DNA from: Antedon mediterranea
Lineage: Eukaryota > Animalia > Echinodermata
Direction of reading: 5' to 3'
NCBI RefSeq assembly: GCF_964355755.1
Contig: NC_092678.1
Span: 25,127,365 to 25,191,364 of the forward strand
Length of the DNA: 64,000 bases
Notes under the pieces: model-generated
The model's database searches: none
What the model was told of the DNA's origin: nothing
Seen by the model: only the letters and a program-made list of their open reading frames with translations
Translations under genes and position numbers: made by a program
Shown here: positions 53,604 to 64,000 of the stretch, one piece after another
How positions within the stretch are numbered: position 1 is the stretch's first letter
Layout: every line of letters begins with the position of its first letter

Positions 53604-54667
53604 TTTAAGTATAATAAAAGTGAGGAAAAAAAAATGATTTAACAATAGGCTTATTTTACAGTACAAGGAAACTTAAACTAAATTATGTACAAGATATAAA
53701 AAAATAACATTAACAAAAGTAATACTTTTGAAACTTTAGTGTCACACTTCTTGAATGGAGGTGCGTCCATAGTACAGTAAGTAAAATAAAAGTTTTAAAA
53801 AATGATTTAACAATAGGCATATTAAGGCCCTACAAGGAAACTTGAAATAAATTATGTACAAGATTAGAAGTAATAGACCTACAGGATTTAAAAAGCAAAG
53901 AACTAACTATTTTAATTGTTGATTTCCCTTCTCCTTTTTTCACGCCCGTTTGGTGAAACCTTTAATCTATCGAATGCAACTTCAATATTTGTAGGAAGAT
54001 CAAGTACAGGTGAACCAAGAACATACATTAATTTTTTGTCTATTGTTCCATTATCAAATTGGTTCCAAACATCAGTTGCATTCGATAGATTTTTCTCGAG
54101 TATTGCCAATTCCTCCATTATTCTGGAGCGCAAGACATGGAAAAAAGGAAATTCCTAAGATCTTCAGTGGATTTAGAGTTACATAGCTGGGTACATAGAC
54201 CGTCATTATTGCTTTTATCTGACCAGCTTGAAGTACGTCTGTTTAATGGTAACGTATTAGATCGCAATTTAACTTTTATGCTTGCGCTTTCGAATTCTAA
54301 TGGCTGAAATAAATATTTTTCTAGGCAGGGGGTTCTTTTAATAATTTGATAGTCTAAAAGAGAAGATGTTAATGCAAGATCACACTCCAAGCACGTTCTT
54401 TAATCTTAGACAACATAATTAAGCTGGTCAGATCTACGGTGGGGTTATCCATTGTGTTACATATCTCTTCAAACAAATTATCTAATCCACATTTAGAAAA
54501 AGTAGTATGTAAACAAAATTTAAAACGAAAATCATTCTGATTACAATTAAGTTGAAGCAGAGCATTAAGCAAAACCTTTGGCCAACCATGGTGAAATTTC
54601 TCCATGGGCCAACCATGTGATTCCATGTGTACAATTCGATTAAAATAGTTTATACGCAAGCTATCTA
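53604..54667 (-). mobile_element. 5'-truncated, decayed LINE fragment (C-terminal ORF2 and 3' UTR)
   Basis: Broken ORFs with RINYFNRIVHM, KLRSNTLPLN and C-x3-C..TED..FLF zinc-knuckle remnant typical of non-LTR ORF2 C-termini; absent from the paralogous intergenic region 49545-50046. Confidence 0.7.
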
Positions 54668-55298
54668 CATAAAAGAATCAATCATGCTAGTCTAATAAAA
54701 ATACACCAAAGCTTTAGTCATATCAGAACCATTTTGTTACAGCTTGGGAGCATTTGTGTGCTGCATCTGTCTACAAACAACTATCAAAACACTAATCTAT
54801 TGAGAAAAGGTAGGTTATTTAATAAGCTACTAGTACTAGCCTAGTAGGTTAATTTTGATACCATGTCGTACTTCATGGTTTGGATAAGTACACTGTTTTA
54901 GTATTTTATAAATAAACACAATCGTCATTCAATAATTCGATATAAAATAAATCGTCTTCATTTTCAATGTAATTCTATGTCAAAATATTGAATAATACCA
55001 CGAAAATGTATTATACTTTTGTAAGGTAACTGCATACTTTCGGTTTTAATACACAGTGAATAGAAATAAGAACTAATCAGTTTAGTAATATTCTGGGTGT
55101 GATTGGTGACGTCACGACAAATGTCACATGAACGATCGATTTATAAACTAATTTAGAGTATACCGATTGCCCGGGACTCTCTAACATTTTGTAAATTGTT
55201 TATTTTATTATTACCATTAAGTTAAACAAAAGGCGGTGATACAATTTGGTATAAGTAACCTAAACATGCTATAGCCCTATGAGAAGAGTGTGGATTAA

Positions 55299-55362
55299 AT
55301 AGCTTTTCTCATTTTTATAAGTATGGTAGGCCTACCATACTTATAAAAATGAGAAAAGCTAT
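55299..55362. repeat. Perfect 64-bp spacerless palindrome
   Basis: ATAGCTTTTCTCATTTTTATAAGTATGGTAGG|CCTACCATACTTATAAAAATGAGAAAAGCTAT. Confidence 0.97.
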
Positions 55363-55725
55363 CTTAATGTTATACGTGTCCAGGTACCTAGCTCTCCGGA
55401 ATGTTATTTTGTAATCATATCAATAGTACACAAAAGAACCAGTCATGCTCTGGTAATAATATAAATACACTAACGTTACAAGAATCACGAATAAACACTT
55501 AATTCATATCGGAACCATTTGTTAGATCTCAGCAATTGGGCTTGTGTCTACATAGACTTGCGCCATAGGTGGTCTAATGTATCTTTACAAAATATCAAGT
55601 GAGCACGCAAAAATTAAAGACAATAAACTCAGTGAATTAGTAAATGTATTTCACCATGCAAACACAATTAAAATAAAAGGAAAATAACCAATATAGGCAA
55701 TTATCAGTTCACAGATTAACTCAAG

Positions 55726-57885
55726 ATGGCTAACAGTGGTGATTTGGCTAAATTTCTAGAAGATATCGATGAGAAGGTTCTAGAGTGCCAAATATGCTTA
55801 AATAGACTACATGAACCCAGAACCTTAACATGTCTTCACAGCTTCTGTTTTGGTTGTCTTGACAACTGGTTGGAGAAAAATAAGAAAGAAACCTGTCCAA
55901 CTTGCTCCAAATCTTATCAGATTCCAGAGGGCGGTTTAAAGAAATTACCACCAAACACATTTCTGAATAATCTATTAGAAACAATTGAACAATTTACAAA
56001 TACAGATCAGATGAAATGTCTCTGTGGAAAGGAAAATGAAACTAAATATTACTGTCAAGATTGCAGACAATATTTGTGCCATGATTGTAGTGATGCTCAT
56101 AAGAAATATAGACTTTTTAAAAATCATACATTGCATGCCGTGGAAGAAGTTCAATCTATGAGTATCAGTGAAATCAATGCCATGCACCCACCTCTGTGTT
56201 CCATCCACCATGAACCCTTAACAGTGTTTTGTAAAATATGCGATGTTGCCATATGTATTCACTGTTCAATCATGGATCACAAGGAATGGGAAGGAAAAGA
56301 CAAACACATAACCATCAGCATAACAGATGCATTTAAAATATTTACACAAAAATCAGAAGAATTGGAGAAAGTTGCTAAACAATGTACAGATAATTTAAAT
56401 GATGATCTTAAAGTAATGACAGATCATGTTAAGAAACTAGATGAAAAGAGGGAGGAGAGTTTGAGAGGAATTGAAAATCATGTAGAGGAATTGGTAAGAA
56501 GAATAAAAGACAGTGGAGACAAACTAAAGAGTGAAGTGGAGGCAATGTACAAAATAAAGAGGAAAGCAACTGATGCTGATATAGAGGATGTGACAACGAC
56601 TGTATCGTATATAAACACAAACATCAATTTGCTGCATCACCTAAAGAAGGGCAACGAAGCAACAGCAATATTATCAGGTAATAATGTTATTAGAATACTG
56701 GATGAAAGGGTCAAAACAGCTTCTAAAACAAAATATGATGGGAATGCAGAGATTAACTTTGTTAAAAACAATCAACAAATTGCTTCATTGAACGAGAATA
56801 TAGGAATGATTACAGACTCAAGGGAAGCAGACTGCTTTGAAATAAGAGGAGCTGAGAGCATGACGACAGGACAAACAATTGATGTTAAAATAATTAAAAC
56901 TGATGAATGTGAAATAAATGCAAAAGACATAAAAGCTACATTGACACAACCAACAGGAGAAACTATCATCCCTGAAGTAGAAAAAAACATCAATGGTGAC
57001 TATACTGTGATAGGTAGATGTACAAGTGCAGGGATTTGCAAGGTTGATGTTATAGTAGATGGTAAACACATTAAGAAGTCACCAATGAATATCAAAGTAG
57101 AGAAAGAAGGACTATTAAAGATTATAAAAATAGATAATGTTAAAGAAGTTCAAGGTGTAGTTAAATATGGAGACGACTGCTTGCTTATTTCATGTCAAGA
57201 TAATGCCATTCACAAATACAAGCAAAACATCGTTAAGGTTACATTATTAGAAGGTGTGCAAGTAAACAGAATGTTCATAATGAACAATGGTAATATAGCA
57301 TTCAGTGATTGGGGTAATAAATGCATCACATTATGCACTATGAATGGTGAGTTGGTTAAATCATTTGGTAAGGGAGTGTTGACATATCCATGGGGCTTAT
57401 ATGTGGATGAAGCATCACATGTCATGTATGTAGCTAATAATAATAATGTAGTCATGTTTAACATTGAGAGTGGCAAGCTGATTAAGAAAATAGCAGAATG
57501 TGATGTTACGGGTTTTGAATTTGTAAATATCATTGATGTCACCCTTACAAGACAGGGACATATTCTTGTACTGTACCATAACCAACATTGCTTAAAACTA
57601 TTTGATAATGAGGGAAAGTTGATGAAGGTCATTGTCAATGAGGGTGGTGAAGATGGTACGGTGATGTACCCAAGAGGAGTAGTGGTTGATGGTGATGACA
57701 ATATCATAATATCAAGTGACCACAAACTACAGCTATTTAGTAATAGTGGAAAGTTCATTAAAATGATTGATAAAGAAGAAGATGAAATCACCTGTCCTTT
57801 TGGATTATGCATCATATCACACCATCCACGTAGAGTAGCAGTGGCAAATTATGGTGATAATACAATAAAAATATTTAATTATTAA
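55726..57885 (+). CDS. TRIM-NHL protein, copy 3, 719 aa
   Basis: Intact ORF; 3-aa deletion in the first NHL blade (KYKQ---NI). Confidence 0.93.
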   Translation: MANSGDLAKFLEDIDEKVLECQICLNRLHEPRTLTCLHSFCFGCLDNWLEKNKKETCPTCSKSYQIPEGGLKKLPPNTFLNNLLETIEQFTNTDQMKCLCGKENETKYYCQDCRQYLCHDCSDAHKKYRLFKNHTLHAVEEVQSMSISEINAMHPPLCSIHHEPLTVFCKICDVAICIHCSIMDHKEWEGKDKHITISITDAFKIFTQKSEELEKVAKQCTDNLNDDLKVMTDHVKKLDEKREESLRGIENHVEELVRRIKDSGDKLKSEVEAMYKIKRKATDADIEDVTTTVSYINTNINLLHHLKKGNEATAILSGNNVIRILDERVKTASKTKYDGNAEINFVKNNQQIASLNENIGMITDSREADCFEIRGAESMTTGQTIDVKIIKTDECEINAKDIKATLTQPTGETIIPEVEKNINGDYTVIGRCTSAGICKVDVIVDGKHIKKSPMNIKVEKEGLLKIIKIDNVKEVQGVVKYGDDCLLISCQDNAIHKYKQNIVKVTLLEGVQVNRMFIMNNGNIAFSDWGNKCITLCTMNGELVKSFGKGVLTYPWGLYVDEASHVMYVANNNNVVMFNIESGKLIKKIAECDVTGFEFVNIIDVTLTRQGHILVLYHNQHCLKLFDNEGKLMKVIVNEGGEDGTVMYPRGVVVDGDDNIIISSDHKLQLFSNSGKFIKMIDKEEDEITCPFGLCIISHHPRRVAVANYGDNTIKIFNY

Positions 57886-58047
57886 TACATTAGTATGCTC
57901 CATCCAGAAATATTTATAGTTTTCAAGTTCAATATTTTTGTTAATTCTGTTAATTTCAGTTTTTCAAGTTATAGTTTCTCTTTGTTAACTGGTGTATTGA
58001 AAATATTGAAAGAAAATTAGTGTTAAAAAGGTAAATTAGACATCAAT

Positions 58048-58294
58048 TACCGTATTTATTCTAATAAATGCAACATCCCACCCCCCCCCCCCCCCCTGGA
58101 ATAAACGCACGCCCGTCAAATAAACTCCCCCTTGAATATAACCATAATATTATTTCCTTAAATAGATGCCACACCACTTGCTTATGTACACAATATTGTT
58201 ACCATAATTACACCCATAAAATAAACACTTCCCTCTAAAAAAAACCGTGCTGAACAATAAACACCCCAAGAAATTTATTCCAATAAACACAGTA
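58048..58294. mobile_element. Tc1/mariner-type MITE (TACCGTATTTATTC.AATAAA termini); paralogous copies at ~61878-62342 and from ~63970
   Basis: TA-flanked inverted termini; internal CGAATAAAC(T/G)CCCCTCT repeats expanded in the 61878-62342 copy. Confidence 0.7.
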
Positions 58295-58599
58295 TGTAAA
58301 TGGTTTCGATTATTTCATCTCTTAAATTCCAAGTAATTGTAATTTATATATGCAATGAGTCCTATATTCTCATTAATTTTAATTAATTTTTAATATCTTG
58401 TATTTTTACATAGTGAAATACAGTATATAATATAACAAAAGTATATTATTTAAAAATTGTTTGACTTCTTTTTATCCAAACAATTACCATTTATATTAAT
58501 AAAGTCTGAAATAATATAGTGTAATATTTTACATTTTATTATATAATTCACACAATATAATATGTATAATACATCAGTTCTAAAAATAGATTTTCTCAA

Positions 58600-58791
58600 T
58601 GGGACGGAAGTTGTACCAGTGACCTATTGTACTGCAAGAAAACTGAGTTTTGATTGGCTGATAGTTACTGTCATATCTGAATAAATTATGACGAATTCTG
58701 ATTCGCAATTAAATTACGATAATCAGGCAGGGCGTTTACGGTTTTCTCATTCATTAAGTTTTGCATCTCATTTTGTCCTGTACGGAAAAAG
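58600..58791 (+). promoter_or_regulatory. Candidate promoter and non-coding first exon of TRIM copy 4 (duplicated at ~62650-62829 for copy 5)
   Basis: CGGAAGT (ETS-like), reverse CCAAT (GATTGG), donor AAAAG|GTAAAT; conserved between the two duplicates. Confidence 0.5.
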
Positions 58792-59548
58792 GTAAATATC
58801 TGCTAAAATTGAACTTATATTTTGATTAATTATGATATTTTAGCATCATCTAGTATAAGTGTATTACTATGTATAATCAAATTTAAGCCTACGATGTTTA
58901 ACTTGACATTACATCGTTTTATATCTAGCTAGCTAGGCTAGAGGCTCAGACCACTGACTGACGTGCACTGAGAGATGCACTAGGCTACTACTACTACCCA
59001 CTACTAGCTACTACTCTACTAGGCCTATATGCTAGGCACTCTTTACATTAACATGATGATGAGAGTGGAGATCATTTATTAGAGCAGAATTGTTGGACAC
59101 TGTGCTAATTAGGCTTAGAATAGGCCTAGCCTACTACAATATAATATAATAAGTATCACCATAATAATATAATATAGGCCTAATAATAGTAGGCCTACTC
59201 TAGTAGTGTAGAAAGAAATGCACGTACAGGTAATAAATGTTATTTAAGGTTAGTCTGGTAAATTCTGAAATATTTCGCCCACGCCCCAAAAAATGGGAAG
59301 GCATGCTAAATATGTATAAGTAGTAATATTATTTGTTGTTTTGTCATGAATTTGTTTTCATTTACGGTAAGTTATATACATATTTTTGTAAATTCTTTTC
59401 TACTGAGGGAATTTGATGATTTTTATGTTGGGTGCATTAGAACATGTGAACAAATGTGGAATGGTGAAATAAAGTTTATGTACCAAAATTATTTTTTTAA
59501 ATTCTTTTTACACATTTAGAATAATTTTTGTTCACAGATTAACTCAAG

Positions 59549-61716
59549 ATGGCTACCGGTGGTGATTTGGCTAAATTTCTAGAAGATATCGATGAGAAGG
59601 TTCTAGAGTGTCAAATATGCTTAAATAGACTACATGAACCCAGAACCTTAACATGTCTTCACAGCTTCTGTTTGGGTTGTCTTGACAACTGGTTGAAGTC
59701 AAATAATAAAGAAACTTGTCCAACTTGCTCCAAATCTTATCAGATTCCTGAGGGTGGGTTAGAGAAATTGCCACCCAACACATTTCTGAATAATCTACTA
59801 GAAACAATTGAAAAATTTACAAATACAGATCAGATAAAATGTATTTGTGGAAAAGAAGGTCAATCTAAAACCTACTGTCAAGATTGCAGACAATATTTGT
59901 GCCACGATTGTAGTGATGCTCATAAGAATATTCCAGCTTGCAAAAATACACGTTGCATTCAGTGGAAGATGTTCAATCTATGAGTATTAGTGAAATCAAT
60001 GCCATGCACCCGCCTCTGTGTTCCATCCACAACGAACCCTTAACTGTGTTTTGCAAAATATGCGATGTTGCCATTTGTATACACTGTTTATACATGGACC
60101 ACAAAGAATGGGAAGGAAAAGACAAACACACCATAATCAGCATAACGGACGCGTTTAAAACATTTAAACAAACATCAACTGAATTGGAGAAAGTTGCTAA
60201 GCAATGTACAGATAGATTAAATGATGACCTTAAAGTAATGACTGATCATGTAAAGAAACTAGATGAAAAGAGGGAAAAGAGTTTGAGAGGAATTGAAAAC
60301 CATGTAGAGGAATTGGTAACAAGAATAAAAGACAGTGGAGACAAATTGAAGAGTGAAGTGGAGGCAATGTACAAAATAAAGAGGAAGGCAACTGATGCTG
60401 ACATAGAGGATGTGACAACGACTTTATCGTATATAAACACTAACATCAATTTGCTGCATCACCTAAAGAAGAGCAACGAAGCAAGGGCAATGTTATCTGG
60501 TAATAATGTTGTTAGAATACTGGGTGAAAGGGTCAAAGCAGCTTCTAAAACAAAATATGATGGAAATGCAAATATTAACTTTGTTAAAAACAATCAACAA
60601 ATTGCTTCATTGAACGAGGATATTGGAATGGTTACAGAATCAAGGGAAGCAGACTGCTTTGAAATAAGAGGAGCTGAGAGCATGACGACAGGACAAACGA
60701 TTGATGTTAAAATAATTAAAACTGATGAATGTGAAATAAATGCAAAAGACATAAAAGCTACATTGACACAACCAACAGGAAAAACTATCATCCCTGAAGT
60801 AGAAGAAGACATCAATGGTGACTATACTGTGATAGGAAGATGTACAAGTGCTGGGATTTGCAAGATTGATGTTAGAGTTGATGGTGAACACATTAAGAAG
60901 TCACCAATGAATATCAAAGTAGAGAAAGAAGGATTATTAAAAACTATAAAAATAGATAATGTTAAAGAAGTTGAAAATGTAGTTAAATATGGAGACGACT
61001 GCTTGCTTGTTTCATGTCTAGACAATGCCATTCACAAATACAAGCAATCAGGTGAAATCATCGGTACGGTTACACTATCAGAAGGTGTGAAAGTAAACAG
61101 AATGTACACAATGAACAATGGTAATATAGCATTCAGTGATTTTGGTAATAAATGCATCACATTATGCACTATGAATGGCGAGATGGTTAAATCATTTGGT
61201 AAGGGAGTGTTGGTAAGTCTATGGGGTATCCATGTGGATGAAGCATCACGTGTCATGTATGTAGCTAATCATTTCAATATAGCCATGTTTAACATTGAAA
61301 GTGGCAAGCTCATTAAGGAAATAGCAACATGTGATGTTACGGGTTTTAAAATTGTAAATATCATGGATGTCACCCTTACAAGACAAGGACATATTCTAGT
61401 ACTTTACCATAACCAACATTGCTTAAAACTATTTGATAATGAGAGAAAGTTGATGAAGGTCCTTGTCAGTGAGGGTGATGAAGATGGTAAGGTGAAGCGC
61501 CCCAATGGAGTAGTAGTAGATGATGATGACAATATCATTATATCAAGTTGGCACAAACTACAGCTATTTAGTAATAGTGGAAAGTTTATTAAAAGGATTG
61601 ATAAAAAAGAAGATGGAATAAAAAATCCTCAGGGATTATGCATCATATCACACCATCCACGTAGAGTAGCAGTGGCAAATAAAGGTGATAATACAGTAAA
61701 AATATTTAATTATTAA
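59549..61716 (+). pseudogene. TRIM-NHL copy 4, full length with a single -1 frameshift near 59947 (pseudogene or sequencing error)
   Basis: ORFs 59549-59983 and 59938-61716 join; AAAAATACACG versus AAAAATCATACA in paralogs. Confidence 0.85.
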
Positions 61717-61889
61717 TACATTAGTATGCTCCATCCAGAAATATTTATAGTTTTCAAGTTCAATATTTTTGTTAATTTTGTTAATTTAAGTTTTTCAAGT
61801 TATAGTTTCTCTTTGTTTACTGGTGTATTGAAAATATTGAAAGAAAATTAGTTTTTAAAAGTAAATTAGAAATCATTGTATTTATTCAA

Positions 61890-62180
61890 ATAAAAGCCCT
61901 TCCCCTCGAATAAACTCCCCTCTCGAATAAACTCCCCTCTTGATCGAATAAACTCCCCTCTTGATCGAATAAACGCCCCTCTTGATCGAATAAACGCCCC
62001 TCTCGATCGAATAAACGCCCCTCTCGATCGAATGAACTCCCCTCTCGAATGAACTCCCCTCTCGAATGAACTCCCCTCTCGAAAAACTCCCCCTCCCCCC
62101 CCCCCCGCCCTCGAATATACGCCCCTCTCTAATAAACGCCCCTCTAAACAACCCTCTCGAATAAACTCTCCTCGAATACA
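61890..62180. repeat. 17-21-bp tandem repeat (CGAATAAACTCCCCTCT) inside a MITE
   Basis: Direct tandem units. Confidence 0.85.
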
Positions 62181-63469
62181 ACCATAATATTATTTCCTCA
62201 AATAAACGCCCTACCACATGCATACACATCATTGTTACCATATTACACCCAAAAATAAACACTTCCCCCGAATAATGCTTTCCTCTAATAAACCCTCCTA
62301 AACAATAAACGCCCCAAGGAATTTATTCCAATAAATACAGTATGTAAATGGTTTCAATTATTTCATCTCCTAAGTAATTGTAATTAATTATATATGCAAT
62401 GAGTCCTTTATTCTCATTAATTTTTATTAATTTTAAATATCTTCTATAATATCTATCTATAGTATAATAATATATCTATAATATCTCCTTTATAATATAT
62501 CTATTTTTACATAGTGAAATACAGTATATAATATAATACAAGTTTAGTATTTAAAAATTGTTGAGGCTGAAATGATATAGTGTAATATTTTATATTTTAT
62601 TTTAATTTACATAATTATAATATATCGGTTAAAAAAATAGATTTACTCAATGGGCCGGAAGTTGTACCAGTAACCTATTGTACTGCAAGAAGACTGAGTT
62701 TTGATTGGCTGATAGTTACTGTAATATCTGAATAAATTATGACGAATTCTGACTCGCAATAATTACGATAAACCGGGCGTTCCCATCCATTATTTTTGCA
62801 TCTCATTCTGTCCTCCTGTACGGAAAAAGGTAAATATCTGCTGAAATTTAACTTGTATTTTGCTTAATTAGGATATTTTAGCATCACCTAGTATAAGTGT
62901 ATTACTATGTAATTACTATGCATAATCAAATTTAAGCCTAAGATGTTTAACTTGACATATACATCGTTTTATATCTAGCTAGGAGGCTCAGACCACTGAC
63001 TGTGCACTCACTGAGAGATGCACTACTACTACTACTACTACTAATAGCTACTATTCTACTAGGCCTAGGCTAGGCACTCTTTACATGAGTGGAGATCATT
63101 CATTAGAGCAGACTTTCTGTGCTAATTAGCCTTCGACTACTAGCCTACTATAATATAATAATATTAATAGTACTCTGTAGAAATGCATGTACAGGTAATA
63201 AATGTTACTTAAGGTTTAAATTCTGAAATATTTCGCCCACGCCCCAAAAAAATGGGAAGACATGCAGAATATGTATAAGTAGTAATATTATTTGTTGTTT
63301 TGTCATGAATTTGTTTTCATTTACGGTAAGTTATATAGGTACATATTTTTGTAAATTTTTTTCGACTGAGGGAATTTGATGATTTTTATGTTGGGTGCAT
63401 TAGAACATGTAAACAAATGTGGAATGGTGAATAGAAGTTTATGTACCAAAATATCTTCTTTTCTTTCTT

Positions 63470-63805
63470 CAAGGACATATTCTTGTACTGTACCATTACC
63501 AGAATTGTTTAAAACAATTTGATAATGAGGGAAAGTTGATGAAGGTCCTTGTTAGTGAGGGTGATGAAGATGGTAAGGTGACGTACCCAAGAGGAGTAGT
63601 AGTTGATGATGATGATGACAATATCATTATATCAAGTTGGCACAAACTACAGCTATTTAGTAATAGTGGAAAGTTTATTAAAAGGATTGATAAAGAAGAA
63701 GATGGAATCAGCTATCCTTTTGGATTATGCATCTTATCACACCATCCACGTAGAGTAGCAGTGGCAAATGGTGGTGATAAAACAGTAAAAATATTTAATT
63801 ATTAA
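63470..63805 (+). pseudogene. TRIM-NHL copy 5, only the C-terminal NHL repeats remain (~1.9 kb deleted)
   Basis: Upstream 62345-63452 matches the copy-4 upstream region, then jumps to QGHILVLYH...KIFNY*. Confidence 0.88.
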
Positions 63806-64000
63806 TACATGCTAGTATGCTCCATCCAGAAATATTTATAGTTTTCAAGTACAATATTTTTGTTAATTGTGTTAATTTAAGTTTTTCAAGTTATAGTTTC
63901 TCTTTGTTAACTGGTGTATTGAAAATATTGAAAGAAAATTAGTGTTAAAAAGGTAAATTAGACATCAATTACCGTATTTATTCGAATAAATGCAACATCC

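Noticed and set aside
43584-61256. Recurrent minus-strand ORFs of 60-200 aa repeated across the TRIM copies
   Set aside because: Antisense shadows of the duplicated TRIM coding sequences
61882-62262. 126-aa RGVYSI-repeat ORF
   Set aside because: Translation of the internal tandem repeats of a MITE

Overview
AT-rich, intron-containing animal genomic DNA. The repeat landscape and gene families suggest a marine invertebrate deuterostome, possibly an echinoderm; this is inference only. Left third, all on the minus strand: three tandem four-coding-exon SLC16/MCT-like transporter paralogs alternate with a galactose-3-O-sulfotransferase gene and a divergent single-exon GT31 beta-1,3-galactosyltransferase-like gene. 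Middle, plus strand: a multi-exon nischarin (PX-LRR) gene. Right third, plus strand: five tandem single-coding-exon TRIM-NHL genes (three intact, one frameshifted, one internally deleted) whose differences concentrate in the NHL propeller loops and whose flanks are shuffled. Mobile elements include a near-full-length Penelope-like retroelement with inverted pLTRs and hammerhead-like motifs, a small Penelope-derived hairpin element, a Helitron, a Helentron-like element, a TTAA/Kolobok-like element, two abundant MITE families, tRNA-derived SINEs and a LINE fragment. Two of the minisatellites amplify a splice donor. All exon boundaries were read by eye from GT/AG signals and frame continuity; no searches were run.
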